From Octopus sinensis (lineage: Eukaryota), in NCBI RefSeq assembly GCF_006345805.1, contig NW_021832052.1, positions 1 to 34,040 on the forward strand: a DNA stretch of 34,040 nt, written 5' to 3'. The number at the start of each line of letters is the position of its first letter. Positions within the stretch are counted from its first letter, which is position 1. Position numbers and translations under genes: made by a program. The notes beneath the pieces were generated by a model. The model did not search any database. It saw nothing but the letters and a program-made list of their open reading frames with translations, and was not told the origin of the DNA. Positions 24,243 through 34,040 of this stretch are shown piece after piece.

Positions 24243-24695
24243 ACAGGCATGTCTGTGTAGTAAGAAATGTGCTTCGCAACCACGTGGTTCTGGGTTCAGT
24301 CCCATTGTGTGGCACCTTCAGCAAGTGTCTTCCACGATAGTGACAGAGTGATTAAACACTTGTTTGGATTTGGTAAAGGGAAACTAAAAGAAGCCCACCT
24401 TATATATGTGTACATATATACAAAACCATATGTGTACGTGTGTGCATCTGAGCGTGTATCTGTGTGCATCTGCCTGTGAGTGTGTATCTGTGTCTATGTC
24501 TGTTCCCCCTCTCACTGCTTGGCAACCGGTGAGTGTGTGTTTATGTCCCCATCAGTTAACGGTTTGGCAAAAGAGACCCTTAGAATAAGCCCCAAGTTTT
24601 AAAATATTAAGTTCTCAGGTTGATAAATTTAGCAAAATCTTCTTGAAAGCAGTGCCCCAGCATGGCCACAGTCTTAAACAAGTAAAGAATAAAAG
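24243..24695 (+). mobile_element. SINE family B, diverged full length
   Basis: GGGTTCAGTCCC..GGCACCTT..GCAAGTGTCTT and 3' GTGCCCCAGCATGGCCACAGTC. Confidence 0.75.
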
Positions 24696-24923
24696 ATATA
24701 GACAATTGAAGTTGTTTGTTGTTATAAGAATGAATGTATGTATGTGGGTGTGTATAAATGGGTGGATGAGGGTATATGTTTGGAAATCCCAAATTGCAAA
24801 GAGATACATTCAATGAATCGATTTTGTGTCTGAATGCAAAGTCAAAATTGCTAATTGGTGTTATTTACACTTGGATAAGCATTCACATGATACACTTTCT
24901 TAGAAAGCTTTTGTTTGGCTTAA

Positions 24924-25143
24924 CCCTTTAGCGTTCAGATTAATTTGTCAAAAGTAATCCTTATTTATTCACATTTAAAAAAAATTATCTGATATTATTT
25001 TGTACCTTCAAGATAGGAAAGATGTAATTGCTTATTTTTGGAGTGACATTGCAGGGTAGGTGTGAGATGCATGTTCTGGCCAGTTTGAGCAATAAATGTG
25101 TAGAATATTTGGGCCGGATACAGCCGGTTTAAACACTAATGGG
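24924..25143. mobile_element. piggyBac-type MITE (220 bp)
   Basis: TTAA at 24920-24923 and 25144-25147; TIR CCCTTTAGCG vs reverse complement CCCATTAGTG; absent from the paralogous segment near 19925. Confidence 0.85.
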
Positions 25144-25300
25144 TTAAACAGAGTCAACAAGTGGCCTGGGAAAATTTCAATTGAAAAACATTTTCTCAGT
25201 ACAATTATGCATATATATATATAACTGTGGGTGTGAACATGTATGTATTTATGTGTATGAATATATAAAGGTGTATATTTGTGTGTGAGTGTGTGTGTGT

Positions 25301-25349
<49 letters not shown>

Positions 25350-25610
25350 TTATATATATATATATGTATACATGTGTAGGTGTGCCTGCATGTGAGTCTT
25401 TCTTAAGATCGAAGTTTCTCTTCCTGGATTGGGTGAGAGATTACTTTCTTGAGCAAAACCCTTCACTCCACTTACCCCAAACTAATTAGCTGATAAAAAT
25501 GAGCAATCCAGCGATGGCCCACCTTCCTATTCTGCGGGGAAATATATACGCTACAGAATCCGGGAAACCATTTTTTTAAGTTAATGCCTTGAGAAAGCTT
25601 TAATCTCATA

Positions 25611-25659
<49 letters not shown>

Positions 25660-25968
25660 ATATATATATATATAATAACATTAGGGAATATGATTCCTAA
25701 CTTACAGGGAGAAATTCAATTTAGTAATACTAAATCAAATTTCACAATATATGATGCATGTATGTAAATCAGAGAAGAACCACCATGTAGCAATTCAGCA
25801 ATGATATATTTAAATCATACCATGTAGGAAAAAATTAAAGATACGATAAAACATTTATGTAGAACTAAATAAAGTACAAAATAATAAATAAAGAGTACAT
25901 AATTTAGTTCTAGGTAAATGTTACATGGTACTTCTTCTCTAACTTATATACATGTAGTATATATATAT

Positions 25969-26015
<47 letters not shown>

Positions 26016-26043
26016 TATATATATGTATATATATATGTATATA

Positions 26044-26151
<108 letters not shown>

Positions 26152-26379
26152 GAGATAGGGGTTGAAAATTCAACCCACCATGGGATAACATATATCCAAT
26201 ATACTGCTAGAGAGGTACCCAACAAGACTAATACATAAATGTTAAAAATTGCCATGCAATTATATATATATTTATATATATATACATACATACATAACCA
26301 TGGCCTATGCCAATGCTGCATAACCAGCCTATTTAAGAGTACCCTTCAATTATTGGGCAATGGTCTCTGTTGAGGCATA

Positions 26380-26712
26380 TGATATTGTTATTATGGCCAA
26401 TGACAGTACCGCCTGACTGGAACCCATGCCAGTAGAACGTTAAAAGCACCATTTGAGCATGATTGATGCCAGTGCCACCTAACCGACTCTGGTGCCGGTG
26501 GAATGTAAAAAGCACCATTCAAGCATGGCCGTTGCCAGCATTGCTTGACTAGCTCCTGTGCAGGTGGCATGTAAAAAGCACCATTTGAGCGTGGTCAATG
26601 TCAGTACTGCCTGACTGGCCCTCGTTCCAGTGACACGTAAAAGCACCCGCTATACTCTCGGAATGGTTGGTGTTAGGAAGGGCATCCAGCTTTAGAAACT
26701 CTGCCAGATCAT
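26380..26712 (+). mobile_element. Family D element with four ~66-bp internal tandem units
   Basis: AAAAGCACC anchors at 26442, 26508, 26574 and 26639, then TGGTTGGTGTTAGGAAGGGCATCCAGC. Confidence 0.7.
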
Positions 26713-26764
26713 ATTAGCATGTACTTATGTATGTATTTATGTATATGTGTGTATATTTCAATAT

Positions 26765-27150
26765 TTTACTTGATTCAGTCATTAGATTGTGGCCATGCTG
26801 GGGCACTGCCTTGGGGTATTCTTTGCTTGTCAAATCGATTCACCCTACACTTATTTTCTTTGTCAGTGCAGTACTTATTCTATTGGTCCCTTTTGACAAA
26901 CCACTAAGTTACGGGGATATGAACACACTGCCATGGATTGTCAAGCAGTGGCAAGGCACAAATACAAAAATTAGGTTTAGGGTTGGTCTTCTTTCAGTTC
27001 AGTCTACCAAATCCACTCACACATATTTAATTAGCCCAATGCTTTGGTAGAAAACACTTGCCCGAGGTACCAAGCAATGGGACTGAACCTACAATAATGT
27101 GGTTGAGAAGCAACCACATTCAAGTTTCTTACTACAGAGCCACTTCTGCA
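26765..27150 (-). mobile_element. SINE family B, diverged
   Basis: ACACTTGCCCGAGGTACC..GGGACTGAACC; 3' GGCCATGCTGGGGCAC. Confidence 0.75.
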
Positions 27151-27166
27151 TATATATATATATAAA

Positions 27167-28674
27167 CCGTAAATCCTCGAGTATAATCCGCTTTTTTTTC
27201 CCAAAACATAAAGGTCAAAATCCCTAGTGCGTACTATATACGAGGTTAAAATTGAAAACTATTTTCCAAGCAATGTCCGAGTCTCTATTTGCTGTCTGGC
27301 AATGTTTATTCAGACGCATTTTGTGATGTCGGGCATGAAAATGCCTTAACCCTTTCGTTACCAAACCGCCCGAAAAAAATTTTGGTTAATGTGACCAAGC
27401 CGCCCCAAACCGCCCGAATTTACCTATTCATATTTAAATGAGAATATCAGAGCAAATCTCTTTAGTACATTCGTGAAAACACGTATTATACTTCGTAAAG
27501 AGTTCAACTACAGTTTTGAACAATAATCGAAGTGTAATTTTAATTCCGTGAATTATGGGAGATTTTTTTCCGAAATTTCTTCCTATTGTGTTTTCAAAAT
27601 TTGTAATTCTGACAAAAAATGGATACGAATTTCATTATATCAAGCAGCGAGTCAGAATTCGAAGGATTTTCTACTGAAGACCTTCATAAATCTAATTCTA
27701 TGACTGAAAAAAAAAGCATGTGGTATTTGATAATGAATCTGTTTCATTTTCCGAAAGTGAAAACAGTGAATTTGAGAGCTCCGACAGCGATAAAGAAAAT
27801 GAATTGGCACCTGAATGGAGTGAAAATTTAAAAACTGTTTCTTTCGGTGATTTTTCTGAAGAAACTGGACCAAGCCACAGACTTTCCCAGAAGAGTAAAG
27901 CCTTAAACTATTTCTTTTTACTTTTTCGAATGAGCCTATTTGAAATCATTACGGCGGAAACGAACCGTTACGCTAAACGTAAACAAAGCGAAAGAAAGGA
28001 TAGTTTGTTATTTCCCACAACCTAAAATGAAATTAAGGCCTATTTTGCCATAAATATTATTATGGGTATCAGAAAGTTACCAAGAATAACAAATTCTATC
28101 GTAAAATTTTGTTGTATACCCAATTGAATATTAGCTAAAAACCCATTTTCTATAGCGATGTTTGAACAAAATTTTAATAATTTTATATATTGTTGAATTT
28201 ACCTGTATTTACCTGCAATTAGAGTCACTTTGTGACAAAAATTATAGTATAGAATTGGTTGAGAACATTTCATTAAATTATCTTCCAAAATTCATGTTAA
28301 TATATTGATAAATAAAAAAGTTATAGTTGTTTGATGAAACCAGACTAAATTTATGATTACGTTAGAAATTAATTGAAACACATAAGGGGTGTATTTTGGT
28401 CAGAAATATAGTAACGAAAGGGTTAAGCTAAGCCTGAAAGCAATGAAGAATCATCTATAACTTGCAATAAGCAACATTTATTAAAATAAAAGTATTCAGA
28501 ACACAGAATAATCCATAACAAAAACAATTTGCAAACATATTTACATTCCATATAACAGTTAAGAACATCACCATTATTGTATTACGCATGCGCGGAAGTG
28601 TTTGTTTGACTAGGTGCTGCTGGCTTAATTATGCACGACTCAATTTAGAAAAGGGGTGTGTATTATACACAAGG
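27167..28674. mobile_element. Tigger/pogo-type non-autonomous element (MITE A) interrupted by piggyBac; right TIR clipped
   Basis: Left TIR CCGTAAATCCTCGAGTATAATCCGC (27167-27191); right remnant GTGTATTATACACAAGG (28658-28674) matches 13/17 and lacks the terminal 8 bp. Confidence 0.65.
27350..28422 (+). mobile_element. Internally deleted piggyBac (1073 bp) retaining the transposase N-terminus
   Basis: Perfect 12-bp TIRs CCCTTTCGTTAC/GTAACGAAAGGG; TTAA TSDs 27346-27349 and 28423-28426; acidic N-terminus then FLLFRMSLFEIITAETNRYA..PTT*NEIKAYFAINIIMGIRKLPR (PGBD-like). Confidence 0.93.
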
Positions 28675-28769
28675 GGACCCTGTCAAAGGCTTTCTCCATG
28701 TCAACGAAAGCCAATTTACAGGGGCTTATCTTTGGCTGGGCATTTCTCCTGCAGCTGTCTCGCCAGAAA
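28673..28769 (-). mobile_element. ~95-bp RTE reverse transcriptase fragment
   Basis: FLARQLQEK..KDKPL (one-nt shift) LAFVDMEKAFDRVP. Confidence 0.8.
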
Positions 28770-28885
28770 TTCTGAAAACTTTTGGGTGAGAATTTTACAT
28801 GAGCAGAAGCTTTTTCTAACAAATTTTATCCTAAAAATCACCTGCGTAAATTACACAGGTGCGCAAATTACATGGGTTTTTATGG
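28768..28885 (-). mobile_element. Isolated end of MITE B
   Basis: Reverse complement of 7355-7490 with one fewer 17-bp unit; TA at 28886-28887. Confidence 0.9.
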
Positions 28886-28889
28886 TAAT

Positions 28890-29014
28890 TCATTTTTGAG
28901 TGAAATGAAGTGTTTTGGTCAAGAACACAAAGCATCACCTGGTACAAGAATCGAAACAGCAGTCTTACGATCATGAGTCCAACACCCTAACCACTAAGCC
29001 ATGCACCTCCACCT
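28890..29014 (-). mobile_element. SINE family C 5' head
   Basis: Minus strand TGGCTTAGTGGTTAGGGTGTT (A box) .. GTTTCGATTC (B-box-like) .. TTCTTGACCAAAACACTTCA. Confidence 0.75.
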
Positions 29015-29025
29015 GTATGTATATA

Positions 29026-30272
29026 CAGTAGAACTCCTCTAATTCGAACGTGTGCTATGTTGAAAATATTTCCTCTTACATTTCCGGGTACCCCTTCTAG
29101 TATTTAATGTATATATTAAGATGAGCACATTATATATTTTAAAGAATTGTTAAATATCATTGCTTGGGGGGAAAAAATTTGAAAATAAATTAATATTAAA
29201 TAATGTTAATTTACTTTCAAATTTTTTTTCTAATTAAATAAATGTTAATTGTTAGGTATTTATTACATAAATTATCTGCATTTAACAACCAATCACCAAT
29301 GTAGAATACTTTTATGCGTTCATTGAATGAGCTTCTTCACTTTTGTTTCTGTCTTCATTTATCAAACTGACGGGGTCTGCCATTGCATTCCTCAAGCGAT
29401 CACCAAACTCCACTATTTCCTCGTGCTGTAGTCTCTTTATGATCATATCCTTTCAAAGTGACATTGCTTGCCAAAAATAGTTGTCACTAAAGTAAGGATT
29501 TCTTTCTAGAAATTTTATCACTATCTCCATAGACTTTTCTGTCATCTTATCCCATGATATTTCCTCATTAGAGTGTTCTTGGCCATTTACATAAGATTCA
29601 CTCGAATGGGAGCCATTGCTGTCACTAATTTCATGACCAATATTGTCTTCAGGACATTGTTCAGTGTTTTCTTCATCTTGTCAAACCCACATTTCAATTC
29701 CATTTGCATCAAGTGATTGAAGAACGGTGTGTTTGGTTGGAAATCCTCTACTTTCAAGAATATTTTGTACTCCAGATACATTTTCTGCTTCTTTCACTTT
29801 AGGAGCACAAGACACTGGGTATAATTTCCCCCACGCTTCTGTTAATGTGCCTGCTCAAACCTGATTCCATGCACTTGCAAGGGAAAAAATGGCATCTTTG
29901 ATGGTAAAATTGCACTGGAAATTGCCTATACTAACATTGCTATTTATCATATTCATCTTGAAATCATTTCTGTAGAAACGTTTTAAGCTCCAAATAATCC
30001 CTTGCTCCAGAGGTTGAATGAGAGATGTCACATTCGGTGGTAAGTAGCACGTAAAAACATTCCCACACGATGACACTAGTTTTGTGTCGTGAGGATGTGC
30101 TCTGCAATTGTCTAATAGCTGCAGGCACTTTGAATCAGGTTTACCACATTTGTGAGAGCGCTTTTGTTCAGCTGGCACAAATTCTTGGATGAACCATTCT
30201 GTGAACAAGTGTTCATTCATCCACCTGTTTTTTGAAGAGTAATATAATACTGGTAAAGGTGAAACTCCTTTA
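29026..30272 (-). mobile_element. Tigger/pogo transposon, 3' half (DDE_1-type transposase remnant)
   Basis: TA|CAGTAGAACTCCTCTAATTCGAAC TIR at 29026; [53 protein letters not shown], where the third catalytic Asp of QPLDQG reads E. Confidence 0.9.
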
Positions 30273-30295
30273 TGTATATATATATTATATATATA

Positions 30296-30326
<31 letters not shown>

Positions 30327-30352
30327 CATACACACACATATATATATATATG

Positions 30353-30392
<40 letters not shown>

Positions 30393-30448
30393 TGTGTATA
30401 TATATATATATATGTATATATACATACATATATATATACGTATATATA

Positions 30449-30525
<77 letters not shown>

Positions 30526-30539
30526 TATATATACACACA

Positions 30540-30589
<50 letters not shown>

Positions 30590-30667
30590 ATATATATATA
30601 AATACATATATGTGTATATATATATATACATATATATGTATATATATATGTGTGTATATATATATAT

Positions 30668-30700
<33 letters not shown>

Positions 30701-30719
30701 CATATATATATATATATAT
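30273..30719. repeat. (TA)n microsatellite
   Basis: Visible run. Confidence 0.95.
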
Positions 30720-31145
30720 TGGCAGCTGACTTGGCAGACACCCATAAAAATATCAACCATTGTACAAACAATAACTCTGAGCACCTTTTCAAACTCCACC
30801 CATCTAACACCCGTGGACATATTTACAAAGTAAGAAAACAGCACAGCTCCCATGACTTCAGGAAACATTTTTTCACGCTGAGAGTTGCTGAAGCGTGGAA
30901 CAAACTGCCGGCATCAGTTGTTAGTTGTCGGAGCACTGCATCCTTCAAAACTTCCATGCTTCCTGAGATTCGCCAACACTACACTTGATTTTCTCCCCTC
31001 CATACACACACAAGCATGTATCTGACTCATACATTGTTCGCTTTCCAGACATTTCTACATTACTGCATATACTTTATATGCACTTTCTGACAAGTTGTGG
31101 TGCACTTGAGCATTGTATACAATTAATTTCATTATTATTATTATT
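30720..31145 (+). mobile_element. CR1/L2-group LINE, short 3' copy 3
   Basis: Near-identical to 1557-1980 and 33135-33560; (ATT)n tail. Confidence 0.95.
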
Positions 31146-31451
31146 ATATATATACAATATATATATATATTATATATATATATTATATATATATATATAT
31201 ATATCTATATATATATATATACACACATATATATATATATATGTATATATATATACATATATGTATATATATAATATATATATATATATATAATATATAT
31301 ATATATATATTTAGTGTAGGAAGAAATGGAGCTGAACGAAGATTTAACAAAATTCCTTTTTATTATTTTCTACATATGTTTCAAAGGCTACCCAGGTATC
31401 GGTTATCATTTGAATTATCCGTAATAAGATAATTCACTTATCTACTTCAAC

Positions 31452-31488
<37 letters not shown>

Positions 31489-31495
31489 TATATAC

Positions 31496-31527
<32 letters not shown>

Positions 31528-31540
31528 ATATATATATACG

Positions 31541-31657
<117 letters not shown>

Positions 31658-31839
31658 TATGTATGTATATATATATATGTATATATATAGTGTATACATA
31701 TATATAAATTTTATATTTTATATATTTTGTATATCATATTAATAATTTTAATTATGTCTTGGTTTATGTTTTACACTGTTTGATTTGCCTAATAGTGCTT
31801 TTATCCCTAATTTAATTATATATATATATATATATATGT

Positions 31840-33543
31840 AATTCCATCTTCATCACCACTGACATCGGACTCTATATCTACTATGCAATTTACACCAGCA
31901 ATGCTGCAACGCCACCTTAAGAATAAACGCAATTATGCCTCTCCTGGTCTCGATGGTGTTACATACCTACTTCTCAAACGCGGTGGGTACTTTCTTCTAA
32001 GCCAACTTTTTCTATTCTTCCAATTCTGTCTCGACAATGGTGTTACTCCAGAACAGTGGAAAACTGCCAGTGTCATCCCTCTGTTAAAAAAAGGCGACCG
32101 CACATCGCCTGTCAACTATTGCCCCATCAGTCTTACTAGCTGCATCGCCAAACTGATGGAATCCTGTATCAGAGAAACCCTCTGGAACTTCTGGAAGTCT
32201 CACAGCCTCATCCAGCCGTCACAATTCGGATTTATTCCTAACTCCAGCTGCTGTAATCAACTCATCGAGTTTCTTGAGGACGTTACCCAAATCACTGATC
32301 GTGGATCCTGGGTGGATGTTGTTTACCTGGACTTCGCTAAGGCTTTTAACTCTGTGCCACACAAAAGACTTATGGTGAAGCTTTCTGCGTTGGGTGTAAG
32401 AGACGAACTCTATAACTGGTTGAAGTCCTTTATTTTCAGCCGAAAAGAGGTTGTCACAGTTCTAGGACAGCACTCTTCGCCCTATGAGATGACATCTGGT
32501 GTACCACAGGGATCTGTTCTTGGCCCCCTTTTATTTGTTGCATATGTTAATGACATAGATGCCTACTTAAAGAATGCCACAGTGCTGAAATATGCAGATG
32601 ACATCAAGCTGTACCTCGAAATAAAGAGGTCAAATCCTGTAAACTATAGATCTCTATTGCAAGCAGACCTGGACACAATGCAGCAGTGGATCATGGACTG
32701 GCAACTCAAGCTGGCTGTGGACAAATGTACCACCATGCATTTTGGGAGTAGAAACCCAGCGTCCACCTACTCCCTCCACAACACTAGTCTCAAAAAGTCT
32801 TCATGTGAACGTGACCTGGGTGTTATTGTCGACAGTGATTTGCGTTGGACAAAACACATCGCTGAAATTGTCAAGAAGGCTGAGGGTGTCTTGGCATCAC
32901 TCACCAAATCCTTTGTGAGCCGCTCTCCGGCTATCTATCTGCGGCTTTATATAGCTATGGTAAGACCTCACCTGGAATTTGCATCACCGGTCTAGAACCC
33001 CTATCTTGCCCAGGATATCAATCGTCTGAAAGCTGTTCAGCGACGTGCAACCAAAAGAATACCCTCCATCAGGCATTTGCCATATCCTGAACGCCTTACT
33101 TCCCTGGGCATAGACACATTGAAACTCCGACGTCTGGAAGCTGACTTGGCAGACATCCATAAAATTATCAACCATCGTACAAACAATAACTCTGAGCACC
33201 TTTTCAAACTCCACCCATCGAACACCCGTGGACATATTTACAAAGTAAGAAAACAGCACAGCTCCCATGACTTCAGGAAACATTTTTTCACGCTGAGAGT
33301 TGCTGAAGCATGGAATAAACTGCCGGCATCAGTTGTTAGTTGTCGGAGCACTGCATCCTTCAAAACTTCCATGCTTCCTGAGATTCGCCAACACTACACC
33401 TGATCTTTCTCCCCTCCATACACACACAAGCATGTCTCTGACTCATACATTGTTCGCTTTCCAGACATTTTTACATTACTGCATATACTTTATATGCACT
33501 TTCTGACAAGTTGTGGTGCACTTGAGCACTGTATACAATAATT

Positions 33544-33570
<27 letters not shown>
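31840..33570 (+). mobile_element. CR1/L2-group LINE, 5'-truncated copy 2 (longest)
   Basis: Begins abruptly after (TA)n; complete RT region, 3'UTR and (ATT)n tail; no endonuclease domain in the retained part. Confidence 0.95.
31883..33403 (+). pseudogene. LINE ORF2 reverse transcriptase frame with one premature stop (TAG at 32993-32995, expected Trp)
   Basis: SPGLDG, PISLTSCIAKLME, QFGF, VVYLDFAKAF, GVPQGSVLGPLLF, YADD, DLGVIVD. ORFs 31883-32995 and 33077-33403 are in the same frame and read through continuously (FASPV*NPYLAQDINRL). Confidence 0.92.
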
Positions 33571-33582
<12 letters not shown>

Positions 33583-34040
33583 TATATATATATATATTCA
33601 TATATATATATATATATATATATATGTGTATATATTTGTATGTATGTATGTATATGTATGTGTCTGTGTCTATATATGTATGCATATATACTATTGTTTT
33701 ATTGTTTTCTTTTACTCATTTCCGTCATGCAGCTGTGGTCATGCTGGAGCACCACCATATATATATATATATATATATATAGACAGACAGACTGAGTTTC
33801 TTACTTAAAACCAATTTCCAAAGTCTTCTCCTTTCTTCGGTGGGGTGGGGGGTGGAGGGTGTATCAGATTTCTTTTCATGCAGTCTTCATGTCTGCCCAG
33901 GTCTTGATGGGTGTGTCACATCCCTACGCACACACATTAGCATGCAGGTGTTTGCACACACGCATACATATATGCACACACATACACATGAATAGAAATT
34001 GCAAGAGGTCAAAATAATAAGCAAAAAAAAAAAAAATAAG

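Overview
Very AT-rich, gene-poor animal DNA made almost entirely of microsatellites ((TA)n, (ATT/ATC)n, (GT)n) and nested transposable elements. The repeat families look like those I associate with Octopus (coleoid cephalopod) genomes; this is inference from recognition, not a search. Protein-level remnants recognised: RTE, CR1/L2-group (three young copies, one with a 1.5 kb RT frame broken by a single stop), R4/Dong (RLE), Hero-like, Tx1/L1, mariner (D34D), Tigger/pogo and piggyBac. Also present are several tRNA-derived SINE families and hAT, piggyBac and Tigger-type MITEs. No complete host gene, RNA gene or CRISPR array is supported, and most ORFs in the supplied track are microsatellite artefacts. 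I cannot claim a new biological system. The best leads are: (i) a ~1 kb LTR-like unit with a compact CCAAT/E-box/TATA promoter and a hairpin starting at the predicted TSS (10790-11853); (ii) three fold-back palindromes in (TA)n, one carrying a hammerhead-ribozyme-like core, suggesting Penelope-like elements; (iii) a LINE and a SINE sharing a 3' tail and stem-loop; (iv) a composite, possibly mobilisable transposon; and (v) one candidate host coding exon (2666-2778, minus). Coordinates of degenerate elements are approximate.
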